A stretch of DNA of 33,287 nt from Candidatus Hermodarchaeota archaeon (GTDB lineage: Archaea > Asgardarchaeota > Lokiarchaeia > Sigyniarchaeales > SOKP01), in NCBI GenBank assembly GCA_048885535.1, contig JBHLLO010000005.1, forward strand, positions 47,752 through 81,038, given 5' to 3'. Below are positions 9,816 through 19,347 of the stretch, piece after piece (the stretch's first letter is position 1; each line of letters starts with the position of its first letter). The notes below the pieces were generated by a model. It had not been told where the DNA came from. It worked only from the letters and a program-made list of their open reading frames with translations, and searched no databases. Both the position numbers and the translations under genes were made by a program.

Positions 9816-10661
9816 TTATTCCTTTAAAAATTCAATTATCGTTTTATTTACCTCAGGAGCTCTTGAGAGAGGTGAATTATGTCCAGCATTTTCGATCATT
9901 TTTAAAGTACTATTTGGAATCGCATGTTGCATTTCAATCATAGATTTACTTGAAGTCAATCTATCATGTGTAGATGCAATTAATAATGTCTGGAGTTTAA
10001 TTTGTTTTAATTCATCGTATGTATTTGGTGGAAAGAGTGCGTAAGATTGATTTAATATATCTTCAGGAGTTAAAGGATTTAAATTTTGGAGTTCAATTAA
10101 ATCTTTAACAGACCATAATCCATAGAATTTTTTATTAGGATTAGCTTCCATTTCTTTTCTGAATTTAATGTGAAAACCCAAACGTGCACTTTTCCAAAAT
10201 GCCTTTACTATATCTTCTTTTCTTTCTTCTAATTCTTCTAAATAATTGTTTCTAATTATTTCGACACCTTTTTCATCTGGAGCACCCATTACAGTATTTA
10301 TTAAAACTAGCTTTTTTATATAGTTGGGATATTTTATTGCAAATTTTTGAGCTATAATCCCTCCCATTGACCATCCAATAATGTTGGCTTTCTCAATTCT
10401 TAAATAATCCATCAAACCTTTAACATCATCCGCAAGCATATCCAAACTATTTGGGACGCTTGGGCGATCAGATTTCCCCCCATTTCTATTGTCAAATCTA
10501 ATTACTCTGAAATGTTCAGATAATGGTTCCCATTGTCCTATCCATCCTTCTTTCATACTTCCAAATCCATGAACTAGAATAACCGGTTCTCCTTTTCCCT
10601 TTTCTTGATAACAGATTTTAATTTTATTAACCTCGGCATAAGATTCTTTCAATTTTTTCAC
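9816..10661 (-). CDS. Alpha/beta-fold hydrolase (paralog 2)
   Basis: HGF, DNRNGG, GWSMGG, STHDR, AGHNS; GTG start. Confidence 0.92.
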   Translation of the reverse strand: MKKLKESYAEVNKIKICYQEKGKGEPVILVHGFGSMKEGWIGQWEPLSEHFRVIRFDNRNGGKSDRPSVPNSLDMLADDVKGLMDYLRIEKANIIGWSMGGIIAQKFAIKYPNYIKKLVLINTVMGAPDEKGVEIIRNNYLEELEERKEDIVKAFWKSARLGFHIKFRKEMEANPNKKFYGLWSVKDLIELQNLNPLTPEDILNQSYALFPPNTYDELKQIKLQTLLIASTHDRLTSSKSMIEMQHAIPNSTLKMIENAGHNSPLSRAPEVNKTIIEFLKE

Positions 10662-10669
10662 CCTTTTTT

Positions 10670-11509
10670 TTAATGCTTAAGAAAGTTTATTATATTTTGA
10701 TTAACTTCAGGAGCCTTTTCTTTAGTAGAGCCATGACCTGCATCTTCAATTACGATAAACTTGCTATTGGGTATTCTTTCATGAATTTTTTGATTTCCAG
10801 ATTTTGGCATTTGTTTATCTTTTGATGCACACATAATTAAAGTCTCACTTTTAATTTCATGTAATTTATCTAATATATTATGAGTTCCAAGAGCATGAGC
10901 TTGATTTTTTATATCTTGTGGGGTTGCAGGACGAAAAGTTGTATATTTTATCAAATCTTCTGTTGAGAAAAGACCAAAAAATTTCCTTTTTATATCTTCC
11001 TTCATTAATCTCCTAAATCTTAGAGTATAACCACTCGGAGCAGAATCAAAGAAAGTTTTAACAGGATCTTTTAATCTCTTCTCGTATTTTGTTATTTGAC
11101 CGTTTATATAAACCTCTAATCCTGATTTGTCTTCTGGCCATTTAGCTATAGTATTAATCAAAACTAGTTTATTCACTCTATGTGGATATTTTACAGCAAA
11201 ATGCTGTGCGATCATACCACCAAAAGATTGACCAACAACATGAGCTTTATCAATTTTAAGAAACTCTATTAACCCATTAAGATCATCTGCTAATAATTCC
11301 ATTGTGTATGGATGATCTGGTCGATCAGAAGCTCCTGATCCGCGATTATCATATCTTATTACTTTAAAGTGTTTAGATAAAGGATCAAATTGAGGTAACC
11401 AACTTTCTTTTTTAGAAGCAAATCCATGTATGAGAAAAACGGGATCTCCTTCACCCTTTATCTCATAACAGATTCTTATTCCATTTACTTCAGCGTAATG
11501 TTCACTCAT
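10670..11509 (-). CDS. Alpha/beta-fold hydrolase (paralog 1)
   Basis: HGF, DNRGSG, GQSFGG, ASKDK, AGHGS. Confidence 0.92.
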   Translation of the reverse strand: MSEHYAEVNGIRICYEIKGEGDPVFLIHGFASKKESWLPQFDPLSKHFKVIRYDNRGSGASDRPDHPYTMELLADDLNGLIEFLKIDKAHVVGQSFGGMIAQHFAVKYPHRVNKLVLINTIAKWPEDKSGLEVYINGQITKYEKRLKDPVKTFFDSAPSGYTLRFRRLMKEDIKRKFFGLFSTEDLIKYTTFRPATPQDIKNQAHALGTHNILDKLHEIKSETLIMCASKDKQMPKSGNQKIHERIPNSKFIVIEDAGHGSTKEKAPEVNQNIINFLKH

Positions 11510-11628
11510 AATTTATTGAAGTGATTTATCTAGAAATAATATTTGTCATCAAAAAATAATGTTTCTATTTAATTTATTTGATAAAAACAACTTGTTTCAA
11601 AGTTTAGTAAATACTTAAAATTTAAACT

Positions 11629-12681
11629 TCACACTATTACTATAAATCTACCACAGTTGCTACAGTTTCCATTAATATCTAAGTTCACTTTTCGAATTTC
11701 AAAGCCTTTTCTTTCAATTATTATTTTAGAACAATTTGGGCAGAATGTATTTTCATATTTTGAGAAAGGTAAATTTCCTAGATATACAAAATCTAAGCCA
11801 ACTTTTTTAGCTATTTCATATGCTTCTTCAAGAGTTCTTAGTGATGTTGGTTCAAACAAATCATATTCATTTGATTTATAGTGGGGAAAAAAGCGAGTTA
11901 AGTGAAAGGGAGTGTCTTCTCCAAGCTCTTTAATAATCCTTTCAGAGATACTTTCAATGATTTTTTTATCTGTATTGAAGTTCTCTATTAAAAGAGTAGT
12001 CAATTCAACATGGACTCCGGAATCCTTTGCATTTTTTGCATTCCTCCAAACATATTGAATATCTATACCGCAATATTGCTTAACCATTTCAGAATCTCCT
12101 TTTATATCAATGTTGACTGCATCCAACCCGTTATTGATTAAATCATTTAAAACATCTTCAGTCATATAGCCATTGGTTACATATGTATTGTATAAACCTT
12201 CTCTCTTGGCTAATCCAAAGACTTCTAATGAATACTCAAAAAGTAAAGTAGGTTCATTGAAAGAAATTGAAGTTCCTTGGCAATTATGTTGTTTTGCCAG
12301 TTCAATTAAACTTTTTGGAGATATAAATTCGTTTGAATTCTTCACTAATTTAGAAATATTTTCTTTTGGATGGGAAATATGATAATTCTGACACCAAAAA
12401 CAATTGAAATTACAACCATATGTTCCAACAGTAATAGCAGTCGACCCTGGATAAAAATGATACAGAGGTTTCTTTTCAATTGGATTAAAAGATAGTGCAG
12501 GGATTAAACCATAAACAATGGTATAAATCTCTCCACCAAGGTTACTACGTGTTTGACAAAAACCTGAATTTCCTAGCTTAATTTTACATTTACGTTCGCA
12601 TGTTAAGCATTGAGATATTTTATCACTAATTTTTTTCTGAAATTTTGTTTTCTTCTGAAATTTTTGACTTACTATATCCAT
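11629..12681 (-). CDS. amrS: AmmeMemoRadiSam-system radical SAM enzyme (PFL-activase-like)
   Basis: N-terminal CxxCxxxC..C, PIEKKPLYHFYPG, radical SAM motif GCNFNCFWCQN, FNEP, FHLTRFFP, VYLGN, and C-terminal CxxC..CxxC. Confidence 0.88.
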   Translation of the reverse strand: MDIVSQKFQKKTKFQKKISDKISQCLTCERKCKIKLGNSGFCQTRSNLGGEIYTIVYGLIPALSFNPIEKKPLYHFYPGSTAITVGTYGCNFNCFWCQNYHISHPKENISKLVKNSNEFISPKSLIELAKQHNCQGTSISFNEPTLLFEYSLEVFGLAKREGLYNTYVTNGYMTEDVLNDLINNGLDAVNIDIKGDSEMVKQYCGIDIQYVWRNAKNAKDSGVHVELTTLLIENFNTDKKIIESISERIIKELGEDTPFHLTRFFPHYKSNEYDLFEPTSLRTLEEAYEIAKKVGLDFVYLGNLPFSKYENTFCPNCSKIIIERKGFEIRKVNLDINGNCSNCGRFIVIV

Positions 12682-12692
12682 TGACTTTCAAT

Positions 12693-12974
12693 CTATACTT
12701 TAACTAAGTGATATACATCTGGAGGTTTTTCTTCCCACTCCTCGAATGGATCATCCTTTACAGCATCAATCATTGCTGGTCTTGCCGCTAGCCAATCCTC
12801 TTTTGAATTCCAGATGGCAAATCCAATAAGACAATTCTTTTCTTCATCTTTAGTTGTATGAGCCATAATAAGACCTTTCTTTTCTTCCATGGCTTTACCG
12901 AAGCGATGCATAGAGTCAATTAGAAATGCTTCTTTCCCTTTCCGTGGATGATGAATTGACATATGAACAAACAT
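12693..12974 (-). CDS. Antibiotic-biosynthesis-monooxygenase (ABM)-like small protein
   Basis: 93 aa with dimeric alpha/beta-barrel pattern PRKGKE..F, GL, and AIWNSKEDW. Confidence 0.65.
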   Translation of the reverse strand: MFVHMSIHHPRKGKEAFLIDSMHRFGKAMEEKKGLIMAHTTKDEEKNCLIGFAIWNSKEDWLAARPAMIDAVKDDPFEEWEEKPPDVYHLVKV

Positions 12975-13040
12975 ATTTTCAACCTTTTTACTTTATTTCG
13001 ATTTTACTCTTACTTTTAACAACCAATTTTTAGCACTATT

Positions 13041-13856
13041 TTATGATGCAATAATTAATATAAGAATATAGATAAATATCAAATTACCTAAAATTATACC
13101 CGTGTCCTTCAACGAACTTCTTCCCAATAAGTCTTTCCTAGGTTTTCTGAAAATATAAAGTACACCCAGGGGGAATATCAAAACGGGTAAAATAAATAAA
13201 TTGAGAGTGAAAAGTATTGAGAATATGCTTATTCCTAAAGCGCATAAGGAAGAAATCCACATAACAATCTGTGATGACTTCGATTTTAACCTAGATAATG
13301 CGTCTCCATCGATCATTTCATGTAACATTTGTCCAACAAAACCAGCAGCAGTTACCGACAATACTATGAGCCACTCGGACAGATTCAAGTTTGGAAAGTA
13401 ATTAAGAATTGTATCTCCTGCGTTGATTTTAATCATAAAATAAGGTAAGAAAATATGAGAAATTCCTAAAATAATGTGGTTAATTATCACCAATTTTTTG
13501 AATAAACAATAAATAACAACTAAAAAAACAATTATTGCTAAATAAATGGCTAAAATTGGTTTTTCAATAATGTAATTCATAAAACACAAAGTTCCTAAAG
13601 TGAAAGAACTTATAGAAAGGACTAGTATTTCTTTACGTTGATAACCTTCTACCCGCTCTAATGTTTCCTTTTCATTTGGATCTTTCATATCAATTACATC
13701 ATTGAGCGTATTTCCTGTAATTGCATAGAAGCCAAAACCAGCTAATATCCAAATATGAGGAATTATGTCATAATCATTGAGATAAATACATATTAGACAC
13801 GGTATCAATACAGAAAAGAGATATTCGATTCTGAGAAGTCTAAATCCTTTACTCAA
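13041..13856 (-). CDS. Divergent UbiA-family membrane prenyltransferase
   Basis: About 8-9 TM segments. First Asp-rich motif GNTLNDVIDMKD and second HEMIDGD. TTG start preceded by AGGTG. Confidence 0.7.
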   Translation of the reverse strand: MSKGFRLLRIEYLFSVLIPCLICIYLNDYDIIPHIWILAGFGFYAITGNTLNDVIDMKDPNEKETLERVEGYQRKEILVLSISSFTLGTLCFMNYIIEKPILAIYLAIIVFLVVIYCLFKKLVIINHIILGISHIFLPYFMIKINAGDTILNYFPNLNLSEWLIVLSVTAAGFVGQMLHEMIDGDALSRLKSKSSQIVMWISSLCALGISIFSILFTLNLFILPVLIFPLGVLYIFRKPRKDLLGRSSLKDTGIILGNLIFIYILILIIAS

Positions 13857-13946
13857 GAGAAAAGCACACCTATAAAATTAGTTTTATAATTAAAATTTAA
13901 ATATTATTAAAAAGATTTAAGATTTTCAGAATTTTCACTTGTTAAA

Positions 13947-14747
13947 TTAAAAATACATTCTTATTGCTAGTCCTATCAATACTATAGCAACAAAATATTG
14001 AAGGTAAGCTCTCGGCATTTTTTTAGATATTTTAGCTCCTATGATTGTTCCTAGTATTGCCCCAATCGCAATAAGAAAACCTATCAAATAATCAATCTGT
14101 CCAAGGATGCTCTTTATAATTGTATTATAAATTGCTGTAAAAAATATAATAGATGTTGATATTGCTGTAGAGTTATGAATAGGGTATCCTAAAATAATAT
14201 TGAGTACTGGAGTGTTTATAATTCCTCCCCCAATTCCCAATAAGTTAGCTGCAAAGCCAGCTAATATAAATAATGGAATAGAAGCTCTAAAATTTGATTT
14301 ATAATCATGGTCTTGTAATGAAAAACTTTTTTGTGTTAGATCTTTATTATTTAAATCCTTAGTAGTTCTTATTGCTTTATATATCATATTTACTCCTGCA
14401 ATAAGTAATGTTGATGCAAATAGAATTTTTAATATTGTACTATCAATTTGAACAAAAAAAAAGATTAATGAACACAATATACTTCCTAAAATAGAAAACC
14501 CAGCAAAAATTAATGAAAGTTTGATAGTTGTTCTCTTCTGTTTTAAATAAGTTATAAATCCTACACATGATGACAACAAAATCACAAATGTGGAAGTGTC
14601 GACAGCAATATCAATAGGAAGAAGAAATAATAAAGTAATAAATGTTACAAAAAACACTCCTCCACCCACTCCCGCAATAACGCTAATTATACCAGCAAAA
14701 AAACCTAGGATTAATAAAAGGATAACTTGCAAAAAATCCATAAACAA
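13947..14747 (-). CDS. TauE/SafE (TSUP) family transporter
   Basis: Two internal repeats with GVGGG and GIGGGIINTP; about 8 TM segments. Confidence 0.9.
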   Translation of the reverse strand: MFMDFLQVILLLILGFFAGIISVIAGVGGGVFFVTFITLLFLLPIDIAVDTSTFVILLSSCVGFITYLKQKRTTIKLSLIFAGFSILGSILCSLIFFFVQIDSTILKILFASTLLIAGVNMIYKAIRTTKDLNNKDLTQKSFSLQDHDYKSNFRASIPLFILAGFAANLLGIGGGIINTPVLNIILGYPIHNSTAISTSIIFFTAIYNTIIKSILGQIDYLIGFLIAIGAILGTIIGAKISKKMPRAYLQYFVAIVLIGLAIRMYF

Positions 14748-14870
14748 ATAAATACCCGATTTATCATAAATCTTCTTAAAAGAATCTTAGTATAAAAAAA
14801 TCAAAATTAAATTATAATAAAGTTATTAAATTACTAAGATTATAATCTAAAAATTTGGTTGTTTCAGTCT

Positions 14871-15263
14871 ATGCCCAATCCTGACGAAAATAAACTTATT
14901 GTTAAGCTTACTAAATGTTCTCGTTGCGGTAACCCTTTTATGATCAAAAAAGGGGAAAAAAAAATGGCTGAATTAATATGTGATAATTGCATTAAATTAG
15001 AACAAAGGAAGAGACGATTAACGGATTCAGTTATCGAATCTCAGAAGAAAATCAAAATATCTATTGAGGAAATTAAGAATCAATTGAAATTAGCCAAATC
15101 ACAATATAGAAAAGAATTATTTAAAGAAAAGATAAAAACTAGATCAGAGGCTTTAACAAAATCAATTGAATTACTAGAAAAAATAAAGAAAACAAATGAT
15201 GAGAAATATATTGACGAATATAAAAGCCTTTTTGATAAATTAAAAGAATCTTATTCCGACTGA
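14871..15263 (+). CDS. Hypothetical protein with N-terminal Cys4 zinc-finger-like motif and coiled-coil C-terminus
   Basis: CSRC-x17-CDNC followed by a K/E-rich helical region. ATG at 14871 is preferred over TTG at 14859. Confidence 0.7.
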   Translation: MPNPDENKLIVKLTKCSRCGNPFMIKKGEKKMAELICDNCIKLEQRKRRLTDSVIESQKKIKISIEEIKNQLKLAKSQYRKELFKEKIKTRSEALTKSIELLEKIKKTNDEKYIDEYKSLFDKLKESYSD

Positions 15264-15285
15264 GGTTTTATGATCATATCTTCTT

Positions 15286-16014
15286 TTAGATTTTCCTCAG
15301 ATAATAACTAAATACAGGTATAAATAAGAAATAATTACCTAAATCAATACTGGATCTTATTAGATTTAAATCAAATTGTTTTGAATTTAGAATGTTTTGA
15401 AAAAAATCAATTTCTTTATGTAAGCCCTCTTTATCAATACTCGGAATCCAAGGAAAACTAATACAAAAATGATCTATAACTCTAAATTGATTAGAAAAAA
15501 ATTGATTTAATTTTCTACCTACCGCGGGATCTCCTCCTAAATTTTTCAAGTTATATGAGATTTCATTTTTTAAATTACTATCAGGGTATTCAACAAGCCC
15601 TGCGAAATCAGGTTCTCCTAAAATTAAACAAACACCTTCATCGTTCAAAATTCTATGAATTTCTGAAAAAGCTTTCCTTATATCTTTTATCCAGAGAAAA
15701 TTAAAATATGAAATTACAATATCAAACACTTTATCATTAAAAGAATTGTTAATAATGTCCATTATTTCCAAAGTTGCCTTAATCATATTTTTTTCAAGAT
15801 TAACTTTTGCATATTCAATCTTAACAGCATCAACATCTATACCGTGTAATTTTAAACTATATTTAACTCCAACTTCCTTAAGTAATTCTCCTGTTCCACA
15901 TCCTATTTCCAACAAATTCTCCTTTTGTGCAAAACCTGCTTTATTATATAAATTATCTCGTAACTCTGCTGTCCATTTTAGGTATTCACTGAACCTTAGA
16001 TCCCATTTCATCAT
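15286..16014 (-). CDS. Class I SAM-dependent methyltransferase
   Basis: LLEIGCGTG, GIDVD, FDIVIS, and EIHRIL..G..EPD. Confidence 0.87.
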   Translation of the reverse strand: MMKWDLRFSEYLKWTAELRDNLYNKAGFAQKENLLEIGCGTGELLKEVGVKYSLKLHGIDVDAVKIEYAKVNLEKNMIKATLEIMDIINNSFNDKVFDIVISYFNFLWIKDIRKAFSEIHRILNDEGVCLILGEPDFAGLVEYPDSNLKNEISYNLKNLGGDPAVGRKLNQFFSNQFRVIDHFCISFPWIPSIDKEGLHKEIDFFQNILNSKQFDLNLIRSSIDLGNYFLFIPVFSYYLRKI

Positions 16015-16210
16015 TTAAATCCCATTTCTTACGTATGTCTTTTCTAATATATCTTAATTAAAATTTAATTCAACAGCTCTACTAAAAAAGTTAAGCATTT
16101 TAGCACTTAAACTCTATTTTTAATTTTTTTAGTATTATTTTTATAGAATCTATATTTCTAATTTAATTAAGTTGGTTATTTTAATTATAATAATTTTTTA
16201 CTTCTAAAAC

Positions 16211-16624
16211 ATGACAATAAATCAGATTTCTGTTTATCTTCCTAATAGACCTGGTCAGCTTGCGGAATTTTTTGAAGTGTTGATGAATAATAAGATTTTT
16301 ATTAGGTCATTAACTGTAGCAGAAACAGAGGATTATGGACTCCTTTTACTCTTAGTCGATCAATTTGAAGAATGTGCTAAACTTTTAGAAGAATTAGATA
16401 TTTTGTTTTCCATAACAGAGGTCGTAGCAGTTAGACTTTCAGATAATATCTCTGCTTTATACAAAATTGCTAAGTTGTTAGGGGCAAATCATATTAATAT
16501 CGAGTATCTTTATACAAGTATAATTGATGATAAACCATTACTAATTTTCAGATTAAATAATAACGAAAATGGACTTGAAATCCTTAAACAAAATGGCTAT
16601 TCTGTTGTTGAACGTTTAAAATAA
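16211..16624 (+). CDS. Tandem ACT-domain protein
   Basis: QISVYLPNRPGQL, SLTVAETEDYG, and second repeat NINIEYLY; 137 aa. Confidence 0.88.
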   Translation: MTINQISVYLPNRPGQLAEFFEVLMNNKIFIRSLTVAETEDYGLLLLLVDQFEECAKLLEELDILFSITEVVAVRLSDNISALYKIAKLLGANHINIEYLYTSIIDDKPLLIFRLNNNENGLEILKQNGYSVVERLK

Positions 16625-16686
16625 CTAATTAAAGCTCGTTTTCTTTCTCATCATATACAATAAGGAGGCTTTCATGAATATTAAGG

Positions 16687-19209
16687 TTAAAAAAGATCGT
16701 CGTCAAGATCTTCATTACCTTCAGGAAATCTTCCAAATTCTTGCATGAATTGTTGTAGCAATTCGCTTTCTCTTTTAGTATACATTGGATCTTCATCATA
16801 ATTAAAGAAACAAGCTTTTTTATTGGTTTCTAATTGTTCTTCAAGTGCTAAACGTAAATTAAGTGTACCTTGAATTAATATTATTTCTTGACTCTCATTT
16901 AAAATTTGAATTACACCTTCAATTTCGGGTACAGTTTGAATATTATCAATAGTTAATTCCACCCACTTTTGAGGTGGAAGTGCGATAGGAGAGATGCAAA
17001 AACGTAGATCACATCTTAAACATCTACTTGCTTCCTCTAATGCTAAAGATTCATCAAATCCTAATTCAATTTCATTGAAATTATTTTGCCGTTGTTCAAG
17101 TGATAAAAGTGGCATTTTTACTCGTGCTTTATCGTAAAAGCTATCATCACGGCCAAAATTGGAATTTGGAACGCCCTTTTCAATGAGGACATCTTCAATA
17201 TTACCAATACCTCCCAGATATTTATCAATTGAAGAAGCAGCTCTTCGTCCCATTTCAATTGCATCAACTACAGAACTTGGACTATTTATAACTTCACCAC
17301 CTGCAAAGATACCTGGAATGTTTGTCTCTAATGATTCAATTTTTACTTCGATTAATCCTGATTTGGAGATGTTAATTTTACTTCTACTACCTAATAATGA
17401 TAAATCAGGAATTTGTCCTATGGCCAATATTACCATATCAGTATTAACAGATTTTGTATTATTTTCATCAAAAATTGGATTAAACAAATTATTATCGTCA
17501 TACACAGAATCGCAATGGATTAATTCAATTTCAGATATCTTACCATCCTTATCTATAATTCTTTTTGGTCCCCAAGAACAATCAATTGTTATACCCTCAT
17601 CTATTGCTTTTTGAATTTCCCAATCATGAGCGGGCATTTCTTCTTTGCATTCTAGACAAGTCAATTGAACATTTTTAGCTCCTAACCGCTTAACAGTCAA
17701 AGCTACATCTACAGCTACATTACCTCCCCCAATAACAGTAACATTATCTGGTATTCTTATTTCCTCGCCCTTATTAACTTTTTTCAGGAAATCAAGACCC
17801 CATAGAATATTTTGATAAGTTAAACCTTGAAGATTAAGCTTTTTGGTATTTTGAGCACCGATAGATAAGTAAGTTGCATCAAAGTTCATTTCTTTCAAAT
17901 CTTCAAAAGATATGTGCTCTCCAATCGCTTTATCTGTTTGGACATCAATTCCGATACTTAAAATATGGTTTAAATCATTTTCAAGAACTTCCCGTGGTAA
18001 CCTATATTCAGGAATTCCTTGGCTTAACATACCACCTAAATTAGAATAAGCTTCAAATAGAGTCACTGAATGGCCTAACCTTCTTAAGTAATATGCTGCT
18101 GTTAATCCAGATGGACCTGCACCTATAATGGCTACTTTTTTCCCTGTCGAAGGTTTGATTTTTATTTTTGATTTCCACAATTCACTATCATACTCCATTA
18201 TAAAACGTTTTAATCCACAGATGGCTATTGGGTCATTAATCTGATTCCGACGACATTTAATTTCGCATTCATGAAAGCATACCCTTCCAAGAACTGAAGG
18301 AAACGGAGTTTTTTCACGGATGACTGCTACTGCTTCAGCATACTTTTTCTCTAAGATTAAACGAATATAAAGTGGTACATCAATCTTTAATGGACAGGTA
18401 TATTTACAAGGAACAAGTAACTGTTCACGTTCAGCCCAAAGAATATCTTTATCTATAAGTGCTCCTGTAGGACAAACCTGTACACATGCTCCACAGAATT
18501 TACAACCCGAATCCTTAAGTGAAGGAGCAAGACTTCCGACTACTGTCTCCCCATTTAAATAAACAAAACCTAAGGCTTCAATCCCACGAACATCCCGACA
18601 TACTCTAACACATCTAGTACAACCAATACATAATTCATAGTTTCTGGTGAAAAGTGGTTCATTTTCTATAATTACTCGTCCTTGGGGTTTATAACGTGGA
18701 ATATCTTCTCGAATTCCAATATATTCTGCTACTTTTTGTAATTCACATCTTCCTAATATAGGGCAACATCGTTCTTCTACTGGTACATTAGGTGAACATG
18801 GTTCACGGCTACAACCTTCGCGTTGTGCACACATTAAGCATGCATGGGGGTGTTTTGAAAGAATATTTACTAACTTTTCACGACGTATAGCTTGAATCTC
18901 TGGAGTATCTGTCAAAATAATCATTCCTTCTTCAACAATTTTACTGCATGATGTAATATTCCCTTCAATTCCCTCTATTTTTACCAAACAAAGTTGACAT
19001 CCTTGATGTTCTTGAAAATCAGTGTTAATAAAATTAGAACTTCCTTGGAATATTTCATCATTTGGGGTTAATCCTACTAGAGGCGGCAAATCAGGGTGAG
19101 CACAGAGACTTGGAATATATATACCTGAACTTAATGATGCTTCTAATACATTACTTCCCTTTTTAACATCAAAATTAATTCCATTTATTGTTATTGAGAC
19201 TATTTCCAT
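16687..19209 (-). CDS. bzdV: BzdV-like multidomain Fe-S flavoprotein (putative NAD(P)H:ferredoxin oxidoreductase; NuoG/hydrogenase-like N-terminus, GltD-like core, extra C-terminal domain)
   Basis: 2Fe-2S Cys (SLC..GCQLC..TSC), HxxxCxxC, two CxxCxxCxxxC motifs, PCKYTCP/GRVCFHECEIKC, FAD motif GAGPSG, NAD(P) motif GGGNVA, and RCLRCD. Last gene of the bzd operon. ATG at 19209 is preferred over GTG at 19218. Confidence 0.8.
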   Translation of the reverse strand: MEIVSITINGINFDVKKGSNVLEASLSSGIYIPSLCAHPDLPPLVGLTPNDEIFQGSSNFINTDFQEHQGCQLCLVKIEGIEGNITSCSKIVEEGMIILTDTPEIQAIRREKLVNILSKHPHACLMCAQREGCSREPCSPNVPVEERCCPILGRCELQKVAEYIGIREDIPRYKPQGRVIIENEPLFTRNYELCIGCTRCVRVCRDVRGIEALGFVYLNGETVVGSLAPSLKDSGCKFCGACVQVCPTGALIDKDILWAEREQLLVPCKYTCPLKIDVPLYIRLILEKKYAEAVAVIREKTPFPSVLGRVCFHECEIKCRRNQINDPIAICGLKRFIMEYDSELWKSKIKIKPSTGKKVAIIGAGPSGLTAAYYLRRLGHSVTLFEAYSNLGGMLSQGIPEYRLPREVLENDLNHILSIGIDVQTDKAIGEHISFEDLKEMNFDATYLSIGAQNTKKLNLQGLTYQNILWGLDFLKKVNKGEEIRIPDNVTVIGGGNVAVDVALTVKRLGAKNVQLTCLECKEEMPAHDWEIQKAIDEGITIDCSWGPKRIIDKDGKISEIELIHCDSVYDDNNLFNPIFDENNTKSVNTDMVILAIGQIPDLSLLGSRSKINISKSGLIEVKIESLETNIPGIFAGGEVINSPSSVVDAIEMGRRAASSIDKYLGGIGNIEDVLIEKGVPNSNFGRDDSFYDKARVKMPLLSLEQRQNNFNEIELGFDESLALEEASRCLRCDLRFCISPIALPPQKWVELTIDNIQTVPEIEGVIQILNESQEIILIQGTLNLRLALEEQLETNKKACFFNYDEDPMYTKRESELLQQFMQEFGRFPEGNEDLDDDLF

Positions 19210-19347
19210 ATTGAACACTCTCTAAATAAAATTAATCATCAAATTAATTACTTTTTAATTGAAATAATGAGTGTTAGAGCATTTGTTTCAAGTTTAATGA
19301 AGGTTCATTCTTAAAATTTTTATTAAACCGACTGTGATTTTTCCATC

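Noticed and set aside
16687-19209. Calling the large Fe-S protein an [FeFe]-hydrogenase, formate dehydrogenase or glutamate synthase
   Set aside because: It has no H-cluster or molybdopterin domain, and there is no gltB partner. Only the electron-transfer and GltD-like domains are present.
19296-19309. Palindrome AATGAA-GG-TTCATT between bzdM and bzdV
   Set aside because: The arms are short and AT-rich and I did not notice it in other intergenic regions; it is likely chance.
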